Shown piece by piece: positions 38,846 to 48,013 of a stretch of 64,000 nucleotides of DNA. The DNA is from an uncultured bacterium (GTDB taxonomy: Bacteria > Fidelibacterota > Marinisomatia > Marinisomatales > UBA1611): NCBI GenBank assembly GCA_943788175.1, contig CALSPG010000005.1:416001-480000 (forward strand), in the 5' to 3' direction. The notes below the pieces were generated by a model. It ran no database searches. It worked only from the letters and a program-made list of their open reading frames with translations, and was not told the origin of the DNA. Position numbers and translations under genes: made by a program. Positions within the stretch are counted from its first letter, which is position 1. Each line of letters begins with the position of its first letter.

Positions 38846-39643
38846 ATGGAATTAATTCATCCTATTTTTAAATGGTTACATGTAGTCGCAGGTATAATGT
38901 GGATTGGGCTGCTGTATTTTTTTAATTTTGTCAACACAGCTTTTGCCCCAACGATGGACGCGGATACAAAAAAGAAGGTTGTTCCTGAATTAATGCCGAG
39001 GACTCTGTATTGGTTTCGAATGGGTGCGGCTTGGACATGGGGTACGGGAATAGTATTGCTCTACGTAATCTATTGGGCTGGAGGTATGATGCCAACGGAT
39101 TTTACTTCAAATGATGTAACTGGTGAATCAGCAAATATGGCCATCCATTTTCTTTTATTATTTACCTTTGCAGCTGTTTTCCTATACGATGCTCTTTACA
39201 AAAGTCCTCTAGCATCAAATGTAAGAGGAGTTACAGTTGTGAGTTTTATTCTTATTACTGCTTATGTTTATGCAATGCAAACATTGGGTGGTTTTGAATA
39301 TAGAGCAGTTAACATTCATCTAGGTGCTATGTTTGGAACGATTATGGCGTTTAATGTTTGGTTCAGAATTTGGCCTGCTCAGCAAAAAATTATAACTGCA
39401 ATAAAAAACGGTGATGCGCCTGATGCTAGCCTGCTAGCTTTAGCTGGGTTAAGGTCTAAGCATAATACGTATATGTCAGTACCTCTTGTTTGGACTATGC
39501 ATAATCAGCATCATGTTACTGCACCTACTGCTCTAGGTATACCTGCAGAGTTTTCATGGGTATTACCAATGGTGATGGTCATCGTTGGCTGGCATCTTGT
39601 TTTTCAACTTTATAAAAAATCAGGTACTATTAAGGGCTTTTAG
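38846..39643 (+). CDS. PuuD-like (Urate_ox_N) integral membrane protein without cytochrome c domain
   Basis: WLHV.AGI.WIGLLYFFN, WFR..A..TW.TG, GTIM.FNVW..IWP.Q, RS.HNTY; no CxxCH. Confidence 0.8.
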   Translation: MELIHPIFKWLHVVAGIMWIGLLYFFNFVNTAFAPTMDADTKKKVVPELMPRTLYWFRMGAAWTWGTGIVLLYVIYWAGGMMPTDFTSNDVTGESANMAIHFLLLFTFAAVFLYDALYKSPLASNVRGVTVVSFILITAYVYAMQTLGGFEYRAVNIHLGAMFGTIMAFNVWFRIWPAQQKIITAIKNGDAPDASLLALAGLRSKHNTYMSVPLVWTMHNQHHVTAPTALGIPAEFSWVLPMVMVIVGWHLVFQLYKKSGTIKGF

Positions 39644-39668
39644 CGTTTAGTAGATATTTAATATTATT

Positions 39669-39702
39669 AATAAAAAGCCCCATAAATTTGGGGTTTTTTA
39701 TT
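39669..39702. terminator. intrinsic terminator-like hairpin
   Basis: AATAAAAAGCCCCA-TAAATT-TGGGGTTTTTTATT. Confidence 0.7.
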
Positions 39703-40540
39703 GCTCTTAATTGATTCCAAATTGAAAAGACAAAAAGCTATAGCGCTCTTATTACTTGCAGGTGCTTTGTGGTCGCTTGGAGGTCTACTTATTAAAAGTA
39801 TACCCTGGCATCCCCTTGCCATATCCGGGATGAGAGGTGGGATTGCTGCTCTAGTTATATTTACATATTCAAGGAAAAGTATATTAATTATCACTAAGGA
39901 TAAAATTGTAGCTGCTTGCTTTTATACTTTAGTTGTGACTTTTTTCGTTATGGCAAATAAACTTACGACAGCTGGAAATGCAATATTATTACAATATACA
40001 GCTCCAGTTTATGTTGCTCTTTTTGGATATATGGTGTTAGGTGAAAAATCAAAATTCATAGACTGGGCAACCATTGCTATAATGCTTTCTGGCTTGGCAC
40101 TCTTTTTTTTTGATGAGCTTTCATCCGAAGGATTCTTGGGAAATATTTTGGCTATTTTGTCGGGGATGTGTTTTGCGGGTTTAACGCTATTACTAAGAAA
40201 ACAAAAAAACGACTCTCCTTCAGACTCTATTTTATTGGGCAATATTTTTACTTTCCTTATTGGGTTACCGATTATAATTACAGATACTAAATTTGATTTT
40301 GAGCCTCTTCTGCTCATACTTATTCTTGGCATTTTTCAATTAGGGATACCTTACATTTTTTACACGACAGCGATTAAGCATGTTACTGCCTTGGATGCAA
40401 TTATTTTCCCTGTTATAGAACCGATATTAAATCCAATATTAGTTTTTCTAATTTTAGGCGAGACATTGGGTCCTTGGTCTTTTTTTGGTGGAACACTTGT
40501 ACTTGGCAGTGTAGTTTTGAGGGCGATACTGAAAAAATAA
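39701..40540 (+). CDS. DMT/EamA family transporter
   Basis: 10 TM; AILLQYTAP, G.FQLG.PY, IEPILNP motifs. Confidence 0.88.
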   Translation: MLLIDSKLKRQKAIALLLLAGALWSLGGLLIKSIPWHPLAISGMRGGIAALVIFTYSRKSILIITKDKIVAACFYTLVVTFFVMANKLTTAGNAILLQYTAPVYVALFGYMVLGEKSKFIDWATIAIMLSGLALFFFDELSSEGFLGNILAILSGMCFAGLTLLLRKQKNDSPSDSILLGNIFTFLIGLPIIITDTKFDFEPLLLILILGIFQLGIPYIFYTTAIKHVTALDAIIFPVIEPILNPILVFLILGETLGPWSFFGGTLVLGSVVLRAILKK

Positions 40541-40565
40541 AAAAGGCTCCAGTTGGAGCCTTTTT
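40540..40565. terminator. bidirectional intrinsic terminator
   Basis: AAAAAGGCTCC-AGTT-GGAGCCTTTTT between convergent genes. Confidence 0.85.
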
Positions 40566-40614
40566 AGATAAGTAAGTGTGTAAAAATTCATTACACTAAC
40601 AAATTAAAAAAATA

Positions 40615-41076
40615 TTAAAGTTCTTTTAACTTACTTTTTACTTCTTCGTAGTTTGGTTCTTCTCCTGGGCTAGGTGCAATCCATTTATACATTATTGTTC
40701 CATTCTTAATAATGAAGACTGCTCTATTAGCACAAGTATAGCCTTCGATACCGCCAAGGCCTTCAAAAACCACGTCATAAGACTTAATAACAGATCTATC
40801 AAAGTCTGATAACAAATCAAATTCAAGGTTGTACTTGCTTGCAAAGCTACCATTTGCCCATGGTGAATCAACACTAATACCTAGGACGGTTGCATCTAGG
40901 TCATTAAAAGACTTTAGGTCCTCCTGAAATGTACACATCTCAGTATCACATACTCCTGTAAAAGCTCCAGGATAAAATGCTAAAACCACAGCACCATTAT
41001 AGTCAGCTAAAGATACATCTTCTTTACTTGTATTCTTAAGTGTGAAATCAGGTGCTTTTTCATTTACTTCAATCAT
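40615..41076 (-). CDS. peroxiredoxin (AhpE/BCP-like)
   Basis: APDFTL, FYPGAFTGVCDTEMC (PxxxTxxC), GISVD, RAVFII. Confidence 0.9.
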   Translation of the reverse strand: MIEVNEKAPDFTLKNTSKEDVSLADYNGAVVLAFYPGAFTGVCDTEMCTFQEDLKSFNDLDATVLGISVDSPWANGSFASKYNLEFDLLSDFDRSVIKSYDVVFEGLGGIEGYTCANRAVFIIKNGTIMYKWIAPSPGEEPNYEEVKSKLKEL

Positions 41077-41163
41077 TTTTTTTCCCTTTTTGTATTAAAA
41101 TTATTATTTCAATTTACCCACATTAGATTAAAAATCATTTATAAAAAAATGAAATAAGTTTTG

Positions 41164-41186
41164 TAAATAGTAATCATTCCTATTTA
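41164..41186. promoter_or_regulatory. candidate PerR/Fur-family operator
   Basis: TAAATAGTAAT-C-ATTCCTATTTA, an 11-1-11 palindrome with one mismatched pair, 10 bp upstream of the Fur-family gene. Confidence 0.65.
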
Positions 41187-41195
41187 ATTTTATAT

Positions 41196-41564
41196 ATGAG
41201 ATATAGCTACCAAAGAGAACTTATTAAAGATATTGTTCGCTCATCTAAAACGCATCCAAATGCTGAATGGGTATTTTGTGAAGCAAAAAAGAAAGTAGAA
41301 AATATAAGTTTAGGAACAGTATACAGAAATCTCAAGATTTTAGAAAATACGGGTAAAATCAAATCAATTCATGATGATAATCAAGTTAGATATGATGGAA
41401 ATATTGAAGACCATCATCATTTAAAATGTGTTGAATGCGGTGCCTTAATTGATACGGATATACAATCGAATTTTGACAGGAAAAAAATAATGGATGATTA
41501 TGATTTTGAACCTAACGAAGTAAAATTTTTCATACTTGGAAAATGTAAAAAACACACTAAATAA
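41196..41564 (+). CDS. perR: Fur-family transcriptional regulator, probable PerR
   Basis: HP.A, ISLGTVYRNL, RYD, HHH..C..CG, G.C; adjacent to rubrerythrin and peroxiredoxin. Confidence 0.82.
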   Translation: MRYSYQRELIKDIVRSSKTHPNAEWVFCEAKKKVENISLGTVYRNLKILENTGKIKSIHDDNQVRYDGNIEDHHHLKCVECGALIDTDIQSNFDRKKIMDDYDFEPNEVKFFILGKCKKHTK

Positions 41565-41576
41565 AAGGAGTTACGA

Positions 41577-41996
41577 ATGAGCTTAGACGGAACTAAAACA
41601 CATGAGAATCTAAAATCTGCGTTTGCTGGAGAATCGCAAGCGAATAGAAGATATCTATATTTTGCTAGAGCGGCTGATATTGAAGGTCTTCCAGAAGCTG
41701 CAGGGGTATTTAAAAATACTGCAGATGGTGAAACAGGACATGCTTTTGGTCATCTTGAATTTTTAGAAAAAGGCGGTGCTGGTGATCCAGCTACTGGCTT
41801 GAGCATCGGGGAGACTGAGGACAACCTTAAAGCTGCAGTCGCAGGAGAAACATATGAGTATACAGAAATGTATCCTGGTTTTGCTGCTACAGCTAGGGAA
41901 GAAGGTTTTGACGATATTGCTGAATGGTTTGAAACTTTAGCTCGTGCTGAAAAATCGCATGCAGGTAAATTTCAAGAAACCTTAGACTCACTGTAA
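41577..41996 (+). CDS. rbr: rubrerythrin (short, no rubredoxin domain)
   Basis: [31 protein letters not shown] diiron motifs; RBS AAGGAG. Confidence 0.93.
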   Translation: MSLDGTKTHENLKSAFAGESQANRRYLYFARAADIEGLPEAAGVFKNTADGETGHAFGHLEFLEKGGAGDPATGLSIGETEDNLKAAVAGETYEYTEMYPGFAATAREEGFDDIAEWFETLARAEKSHAGKFQETLDSL

Positions 41997-42003
41997 AAAA
42001 ATA

Positions 42004-42046
42004 TGCATCAATGGGTTGTAAAATTCTCATTGATGCAATTTTTCTT
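42004..42046 (+). terminator. intra-operon hairpin/terminator after rubrerythrin
   Basis: TGCATCAATG(42004-13)...CATTGATGCA(42028-37) followed by ATTTTTCTTT. Confidence 0.6.
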
Positions 42047-42064
42047 TAAAAAGATACAAATATT

Positions 42065-43498
42065 ATGCTAAACCACTCTGATACGAAAAATGCGGTATAT
42101 GACATTAATGATCCGACTTACTGGGATAAATCTTCCTTAGATAGCGAGCTTAATAGAGTTTATGATGTCTGTATAGGTTGTAGGCTATGCTTTAATCTCT
42201 GTCCATCTTTTCCTTCCCTTTTTAATTCTGTTGATGGAATAGGCGATGAAAAACGAGAGATTGCAGAATCAAAAGGGAGAGTAGAAAAAGAAATTTTAGA
42301 TCGTGAATTTCTAGATTTGCCTGAAGGTGAGCATGCTAGTGAGGCAAGTATAGAAGTGGAGTTCAGAGGAGAAGTCACGGACTTAAGTCAGGATCAAAAA
42401 TGGGAAGTCGTTGATCTATGTTACCAATGTAAGTTGTGCGACCCTATTTGTCCTTATACTCCAGGTAAAGAGCATGAATTTGAACTTGATTTTCCGAAGC
42501 TCATGACGAGAGCTCAGGCAATAAGAACAAAAGACAGAGGTCTGAAATTGAATGATATTTTCCTCTCAAAAACTGATCTATTAGGGAAAATGGGTTCTTA
42601 TTTTGGGCCAATTATTAATTTTACAAATGATATAAAAATTTTTCGCTGGGTATTAGACAAAATTATTGGTATTCACAGAGATAGAAAACTACCAAAACTC
42701 TCAACATTGACATTTGAAAAATGGTTTAGAAGTCATAAATCAAATATTAATAGTCCTGTAGATAAAGTAGTTATCTTTGGTACTTGCTACACAAATTCAA
42801 ATGATGTTGATTTAGGTATAAGTGCTGTTGAAATTTTAGAGCACAATAATGTTGAATGCGTTTACCCGAAGCAGCAATGTTGTGGAGCGCCTCACCTTAG
42901 CCCAGGAGATTTTGATAGTTTCAAATCCCAAGCAAATCCAAATGTAGAAGAACTATATAAATGGGTATCAAAAGGATATAAAATTGTTGTAACAGGTCCC
43001 CCTACATGTAGTCTTACTTTAAAGAGCGAGTATCCTGATTACCTTGATTATAATAATAAGGTAAAAGAAATATCTGAGAATACTTATGATATATCTGAAT
43101 ACCTTGTAATGTTGAAGAAAAAAGATAAAATCAAAACGGATTTTAAAAATAGCATTGGAACAGTTAATTATCATGTCAGTTGTCATCTGAAGGCACAAAA
43201 AATTGGATACAAAAGCAGAGATCTTTTGCGTATTGTTCCAGATACAAAGGTTAATCTCATTAATCAGTGTAGCGGTATGGATGGCGGCTGGGGAATGAAA
43301 TCAGAGTTTTTTGAAGAGTCTATGAAAGTTGCTGACAGGTGTGTTAATGATTTGAGTATAAAAGATAGTGATGTCGCGTGCTCTGATTGTTCGCTTGCAA
43401 GCCATCAGATAAAACAGGCGAGTGATAAAAAAATTAAACCAAGTCATCCAATTATGGAGCTTCATAAAGCATATGGCTTTGAAAAAAATAAAGGATAA
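42065..43498 (+). CDS. rubrerythrin-associated Fe-S oxidoreductase (GlpC/HdrD-like)
   Basis: CIGCRLCFNLCP, CYQCKLCDPICP, CCG domains (QQCCGAP, CSGMDG.WG). Confidence 0.85.
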   Translation: MLNHSDTKNAVYDINDPTYWDKSSLDSELNRVYDVCIGCRLCFNLCPSFPSLFNSVDGIGDEKREIAESKGRVEKEILDREFLDLPEGEHASEASIEVEFRGEVTDLSQDQKWEVVDLCYQCKLCDPICPYTPGKEHEFELDFPKLMTRAQAIRTKDRGLKLNDIFLSKTDLLGKMGSYFGPIINFTNDIKIFRWVLDKIIGIHRDRKLPKLSTLTFEKWFRSHKSNINSPVDKVVIFGTCYTNSNDVDLGISAVEILEHNNVECVYPKQQCCGAPHLSPGDFDSFKSQANPNVEELYKWVSKGYKIVVTGPPTCSLTLKSEYPDYLDYNNKVKEISENTYDISEYLVMLKKKDKIKTDFKNSIGTVNYHVSCHLKAQKIGYKSRDLLRIVPDTKVNLINQCSGMDGGWGMKSEFFEESMKVADRCVNDLSIKDSDVACSDCSLASHQIKQASDKKIKPSHPIMELHKAYGFEKNKG

Positions 43499-43504
43499 AT
43501 AAGT

Positions 43505-44092
43505 ATGAACACTATGATTGATAAATCTGATTTATTAAATATTATTGATTATGAAAAACAAAGAGATAATTATAGACAAGAATTAATTAGCTATAAAAAG
43601 AATAGAAGATTTAAGCTTGGTCCAAATATTCTCATGACTTTTGAGAATATGAAGACAATGAAATTTCAAATTCAAGAAATGATGAGAGCTGAGAGGATGG
43701 TACATGACAGTCAAATTGAAGAAGAGATTGATGTTTATAATCCATTAATTCCAAAAGGGAATGAACTGAGTGCTACTCTCTTCATAGAAATAACCGATCC
43801 TGAGAAAATAAGACCAGTTCTAGATAGCTTTATAGGGCTGACAGAGGGCGTAAATGTTTATTTTGAGTTTAATGGTGAAAAAGTTGCTGCTGTATTCGAG
43901 GAAGGAAGAGAAAAAGAGGATAATATAAGTTCTGTGCACTATATTAGGTTTCCTTTTACGTCTGCACAGAAAAATAAATTTGCAAGTGATTCTAATGCGA
44001 TATCAATTAATATTGATTATAATAGCTATACTCACTCAGTCGAGCTAAGCCAGGAAATGATAGAATCTCTTTCAAATGACTTTTCTAATTAA
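43505..44092 (+). CDS. DUF3501 family protein
   Basis: RR..LG......FEN..T...QIQEM.RAE, YN.LIP....LSAT..IE, SSVHY.RF; conserved context with rbr. Confidence 0.85.
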   Translation: MNTMIDKSDLLNIIDYEKQRDNYRQELISYKKNRRFKLGPNILMTFENMKTMKFQIQEMMRAERMVHDSQIEEEIDVYNPLIPKGNELSATLFIEITDPEKIRPVLDSFIGLTEGVNVYFEFNGEKVAAVFEEGREKEDNISSVHYIRFPFTSAQKNKFASDSNAISINIDYNSYTHSVELSQEMIESLSNDFSN

Positions 44093-44201
44093 ATAGGTTT
44101 TGAATTAATATATTTTTGTTTCATTTGATTTTGAGCTTTTAGTCTCTTTTACCTTTTTTCTATAAAGGTTATCTTTAAGTGCTTAAACTAATAGGTATTT
44201 A

Positions 44202-45002
44202 ATGAAAGTATATATCAGTGCGGACATGGAAGGTGTTACTGGTGTTTCTCATTGGGATGAAGTTGACCACAATAAACCTCAATACGCCTATTTTCAAGAG
44301 CAGATGTCAAAAGAAGTTGCCGCAGCTTGTGAAGGTGCTACTTTATCTGGTGCAAAAGAAATCTATGTAAAAGATGCCCACTATTCGGCTAGGAATATTA
44401 TACCCTCTTACTTGCCAGAAAATGTAAAAATAATTAGAGGTTGGAGTGGTCATCCCTATTCAATGGTTCAAGGGCTTAATAATAAATTTGATGCCTTAAT
44501 GATGGTTGGTTATCATTCTAGAGCTGGTAGTTCGAGCAATCCATTAGCTCATACTATGTCAAGTGCTAAGATTGATGAAATAATACTTAATGAAAAGCCT
44601 GCATCAGAATTATTATTGCATGGCACCGTCGCCTCGAAATATCATGTGCCCTTAGTATTCGTTTCTGGAGACTTTGGTATTTGTAAAGAGGTTAAAGAAA
44701 TTAGTCCTTTAACAATGACACATAGTGCAATGCAAGGTATTGGAAATTCTACAATAAGTATTCAGCCAGAGCTTTCAAGATTAAAGATAAAAAAGAAAGC
44801 AGAAAAAGCATTAAGTCTTGATTTAAAATCATGTATCTGGGCCCACCCTAAGAAATTTAAATTAGAATTAAAATATATGAAACATGTAGATGCTTATAAA
44901 GCTGCCCAATACCCCGGAGCAATGATGCTAAGTCCAAAGCGCATAGTTTTTGAGAATCAAGACTATGATAATATTATGCGATTTGTTTTGTTTTGTGTTT
45001 AA
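44202..45002 (+). CDS. dppA: D-aminopeptidase, peptidase M55 (DppA-like)
   Basis: ISADMEG.TG, DAH, GYH, LAHT, SGD. Confidence 0.9.
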   Translation: MKVYISADMEGVTGVSHWDEVDHNKPQYAYFQEQMSKEVAAACEGATLSGAKEIYVKDAHYSARNIIPSYLPENVKIIRGWSGHPYSMVQGLNNKFDALMMVGYHSRAGSSSNPLAHTMSSAKIDEIILNEKPASELLLHGTVASKYHVPLVFVSGDFGICKEVKEISPLTMTHSAMQGIGNSTISIQPELSRLKIKKKAEKALSLDLKSCIWAHPKKFKLELKYMKHVDAYKAAQYPGAMMLSPKRIVFENQDYDNIMRFVLFCV

Positions 45003-45698
45003 ATGAGTAAGTGGATTATAGAAAAATCTCCAGTGATGGAGTGTCCTGTTTTTGAGGAGGATTTAAACTTTCCTTTGAGGAATGTTTATTGTGTGGGAAG
45101 AAATTATCGAGATCATGCTATTGAAATGGGAAGTAATCCTGATAGAGATCCTCCATTTTTCTTTCAAAAAACTTCCGATATAATTTTAAAAGATGGAGAA
45201 ACATTAAAATATCCTATTGATACTCTTAGCCTTCATTATGAAGTTGAATTAGTAGTATTTATTTCAAAAAATGCTTTTCAAATAAAAGCTTCGGAGGCAA
45301 AAAATATAATTTTTGGTTATGGTGTGGGAGTTGATATTACAAAAAGAGATATACAAAAAGTTGCTAAGGATTCTGGTAAACCTTGGTTTTCAGGAAAAGT
45401 TTTTAATGGTTCGGCCGTTCTTTCTAATATAATTCCAATTTCTAAATCCTTAGATCCTGATAAAATTAGAATTAGTCTAAGTGTGAATGGAGAAAAGAAG
45501 CAAGAATCTGGTTGTAATAAAATGATTTGGAATATTTATGAATTAATATCTATCCTTTCAGAATCTATTCCTCTTAAAGCTGGAGATGTAATATTTTCAG
45601 GTACTCCTGCTGGCGTGGGTAAATTAAAAAAAGATGACTCGGTTTTAGCTAAACTACATCAACCGAACGCTTCATCTTTAAACTTTAAAATTGGTTAG
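45003..45698 (+). CDS. fumarylacetoacetate hydrolase family protein
   Basis: YCVGRNY..HA.EMG, PFFFQK, HYEVEL, RD.Q, GTPAGVG. Confidence 0.9.
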   Translation: MSKWIIEKSPVMECPVFEEDLNFPLRNVYCVGRNYRDHAIEMGSNPDRDPPFFFQKTSDIILKDGETLKYPIDTLSLHYEVELVVFISKNAFQIKASEAKNIIFGYGVGVDITKRDIQKVAKDSGKPWFSGKVFNGSAVLSNIIPISKSLDPDKIRISLSVNGEKKQESGCNKMIWNIYELISILSESIPLKAGDVIFSGTPAGVGKLKKDDSVLAKLHQPNASSLNFKIG

Positions 45699-45701
45699 TC
45701 T

Positions 45702-46523
45702 TTGCGATTTATTATCTTTTTTTTAATTTTATTCTCATGTAGATCTGGTAATCAATATCAATGGATAGCTACATTGGCGAAACCGTGGCAGATAAATCAA
45801 AAACAATATGACCAAATTCTACCGAAATTTTTTGACAAGTTTCCAGATTTTGATGAGCGTTTAAAAGCAATAAATTTTTGGAGGTTGGGTACGCCTTATG
45901 GTATCTTTAAATCAGGTGAAGAAAAGGAACCGGATATAGACCCCATATTAAGAATTGACACTACTGATTGCACAATACACGTGCTTACTTCGATAGCAAT
46001 GAGTACAAGCAAAACATGGGTAGGGACAAAGAAAAAGATGGTCGACATTCATTATAAAATAAATGCAAATGGTATTAAATCACCTGATTATTCCATGCGT
46101 TGGCACTACACCTCTGATCGGATTACAAATAATCCTTATACGGTAAATATCACCAAAAATATAATCCCTTTAAAAGATCTTCAAGAGGTAGAGTTGACAT
46201 TAAATAAAAAAAATAATGGGTCCGAATTTTTGGATTTAAATTGGACTTCAAAAAACAAATTTTCCTTTATCCCAACGGCACTTATTAACCAAGCCGTAAT
46301 ATCAAAATTACCAGATGTTTGCGGTGTCGCATTTATAAAAAAATCTTATATGAAAAATGGAATACTAATTGCACATGAAGGGTTTGTCATTAATAATGAA
46401 TATTTAATTCATGCTTCTTCAAATCAGAAAAAGACAGTAAAAGAAAACCTGATTGAATACTTAAACCCTAAAGAAGGGTCTAAGTTTGATGGTGTAATGT
46501 TTTATAAAATTACTTCTGGCTAA
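45702..46523 (+). CDS. DUF1460 / AmiA-like N-acetylmuramoyl-L-alanine amidase lipoprotein
   Basis: Lipobox LFSC; LGTPY, DCT..V, R.HY.SD, HEG, IHASS (NlpC/P60-like Cys-His). Confidence 0.75.
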   Translation: MRFIIFFLILFSCRSGNQYQWIATLAKPWQINQKQYDQILPKFFDKFPDFDERLKAINFWRLGTPYGIFKSGEEKEPDIDPILRIDTTDCTIHVLTSIAMSTSKTWVGTKKKMVDIHYKINANGIKSPDYSMRWHYTSDRITNNPYTVNITKNIIPLKDLQEVELTLNKKNNGSEFLDLNWTSKNKFSFIPTALINQAVISKLPDVCGVAFIKKSYMKNGILIAHEGFVINNEYLIHASSNQKKTVKENLIEYLNPKEGSKFDGVMFYKITSG

Positions 46524-46528
46524 AAACA

Positions 46529-47581
46529 GTGTTTTTAATAGCCAAGTTTAAAATTGCAATTTTATTGGGTTTTTTTATAGTCATAACTATTTTTTCTTGC
46601 GGTTTTGAACCAGCCTCCACAAAAATAAAACCGAAATTTTTAGAAATTGGAGATACAATCGCATTTTGTGCACCATCAGGATTTTTAGACTCTGCTAGAA
46701 TGTCATTAGCAAAAAAAAGATTAGAAGAAAGAGGATTTCACACAGTCCAATCTGATTCTCTTTTCCGAAATTGGGGTTACCTTGCCGGAAAAGATGAAGC
46801 AAGAGCTAACGAATTGATGCATTATTTTCAAGAAAAAAGTGTGAAAGCAATATTTCCTGGAACTGGAGGATATGGAGCTACACGAATTTTACCACTGCTT
46901 GATTTCGAAATTATAAGTGATAATCCAAAAATATTTATTGGTTTCAGTGATATAACGGCACTTCATATTGCATTAAATAATTTGTCAAATTTGATTACAT
47001 TTCACACGCCAAATCCAATGTATGGCTTAGGTAGTAAAAATGGCCTTGAGCCAATTTCTGAATTTTATTTTTGGTCTCTTTTGATGGGGCAAAGTAATGC
47101 ATATGAAATACCCTTTAATATATATGGAGACTCTTTAAGTGTTAAGGTTCTAGTACCGGGCGTGGCATCTGGGGTTTTAGTTGGGGGCAACTTATCGTTG
47201 ATTTGTTCGGTCATGGGTTCAAAGTATGAAGTCAGAACCGCTAACTCGATTCTATTTATTGAAGACGTAGGAGAGTCTCCTTATAGAGTTGATAGATATC
47301 TTCAAGAGCTAAAACTAGCTGGCAAGTTTGACCAGATTAATGGACTAATAATTGGCAGGTTCTCCCGTAGAAAAACCGAAGAGCCAGACAAACCAACAGA
47401 TTTTAATATGGAAGAAGTTTTTAGACAGTATTTCTCAGAATTAAAAGTTCCTGTAATATATGATTTCCCATCAGGTCATGGATCAAAAAATATATCTATT
47501 CCTTTTGGGGCTAAAGTGGATATAAATACCGATAATCAGTTATTCAAATTATTAGAACTGCCTGTTTCAATTGACAATTAA
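46529..47581 (+). CDS. LD-carboxypeptidase (S66), lipoprotein
   Basis: GGYG, GFSDIT, GGNL, EDVGE, SGH triad; N-terminal lipobox IFSC. Confidence 0.9.
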   Translation: MFLIAKFKIAILLGFFIVITIFSCGFEPASTKIKPKFLEIGDTIAFCAPSGFLDSARMSLAKKRLEERGFHTVQSDSLFRNWGYLAGKDEARANELMHYFQEKSVKAIFPGTGGYGATRILPLLDFEIISDNPKIFIGFSDITALHIALNNLSNLITFHTPNPMYGLGSKNGLEPISEFYFWSLLMGQSNAYEIPFNIYGDSLSVKVLVPGVASGVLVGGNLSLICSVMGSKYEVRTANSILFIEDVGESPYRVDRYLQELKLAGKFDQINGLIIGRFSRRKTEEPDKPTDFNMEEVFRQYFSELKVPVIYDFPSGHGSKNISIPFGAKVDINTDNQLFKLLELPVSIDN

Positions 47582-48013
47582 GCTTTTTACTCCTTCCTAT
47601 AAAAACATTCTAGTTACTGATTTCTTCATGATGACTAATCATAAATCAGGTATTACATACATCTCTTCAGAGGATATGATCACTCTATAACTGAATTAAC
47701 AATTTAATCGAGTGTTTTTGCAAAAGTTATTAACTCATGTTAAGAAATAATTTAATTAATGAGTATAGTTTTGACTAATAGCGTTCTGTCCTTGTAATAC
47801 TCAGAAATTGAATAAAACAGGAATTAAACCAAATGGCAAAATTGATAAAAATTTATGCTATGATTACCGAATATGTATTCTTTGAAATAAAGTAAGCTTT
47901 TAAAAAGGTCTTATCTTAAGTAAAGAAATATAAAAAGATTTGGGTTGGAAGGTTTTCTTGATTTAAATTTGAGCGTTATGAACGTTTAATATAGAACAAA
48001 AAAGAAAAAACTA

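Noticed and set aside
47607-47696. TPP riboswitch or hammerhead ribozyme (ACCTGAT on minus strand; ATGATGA on plus)
   Set aside because: Required cores (CTGAGA; CTGANGA with GAAA) are missing, and no minus-strand gene lies downstream; kept only as a generic structure candidate
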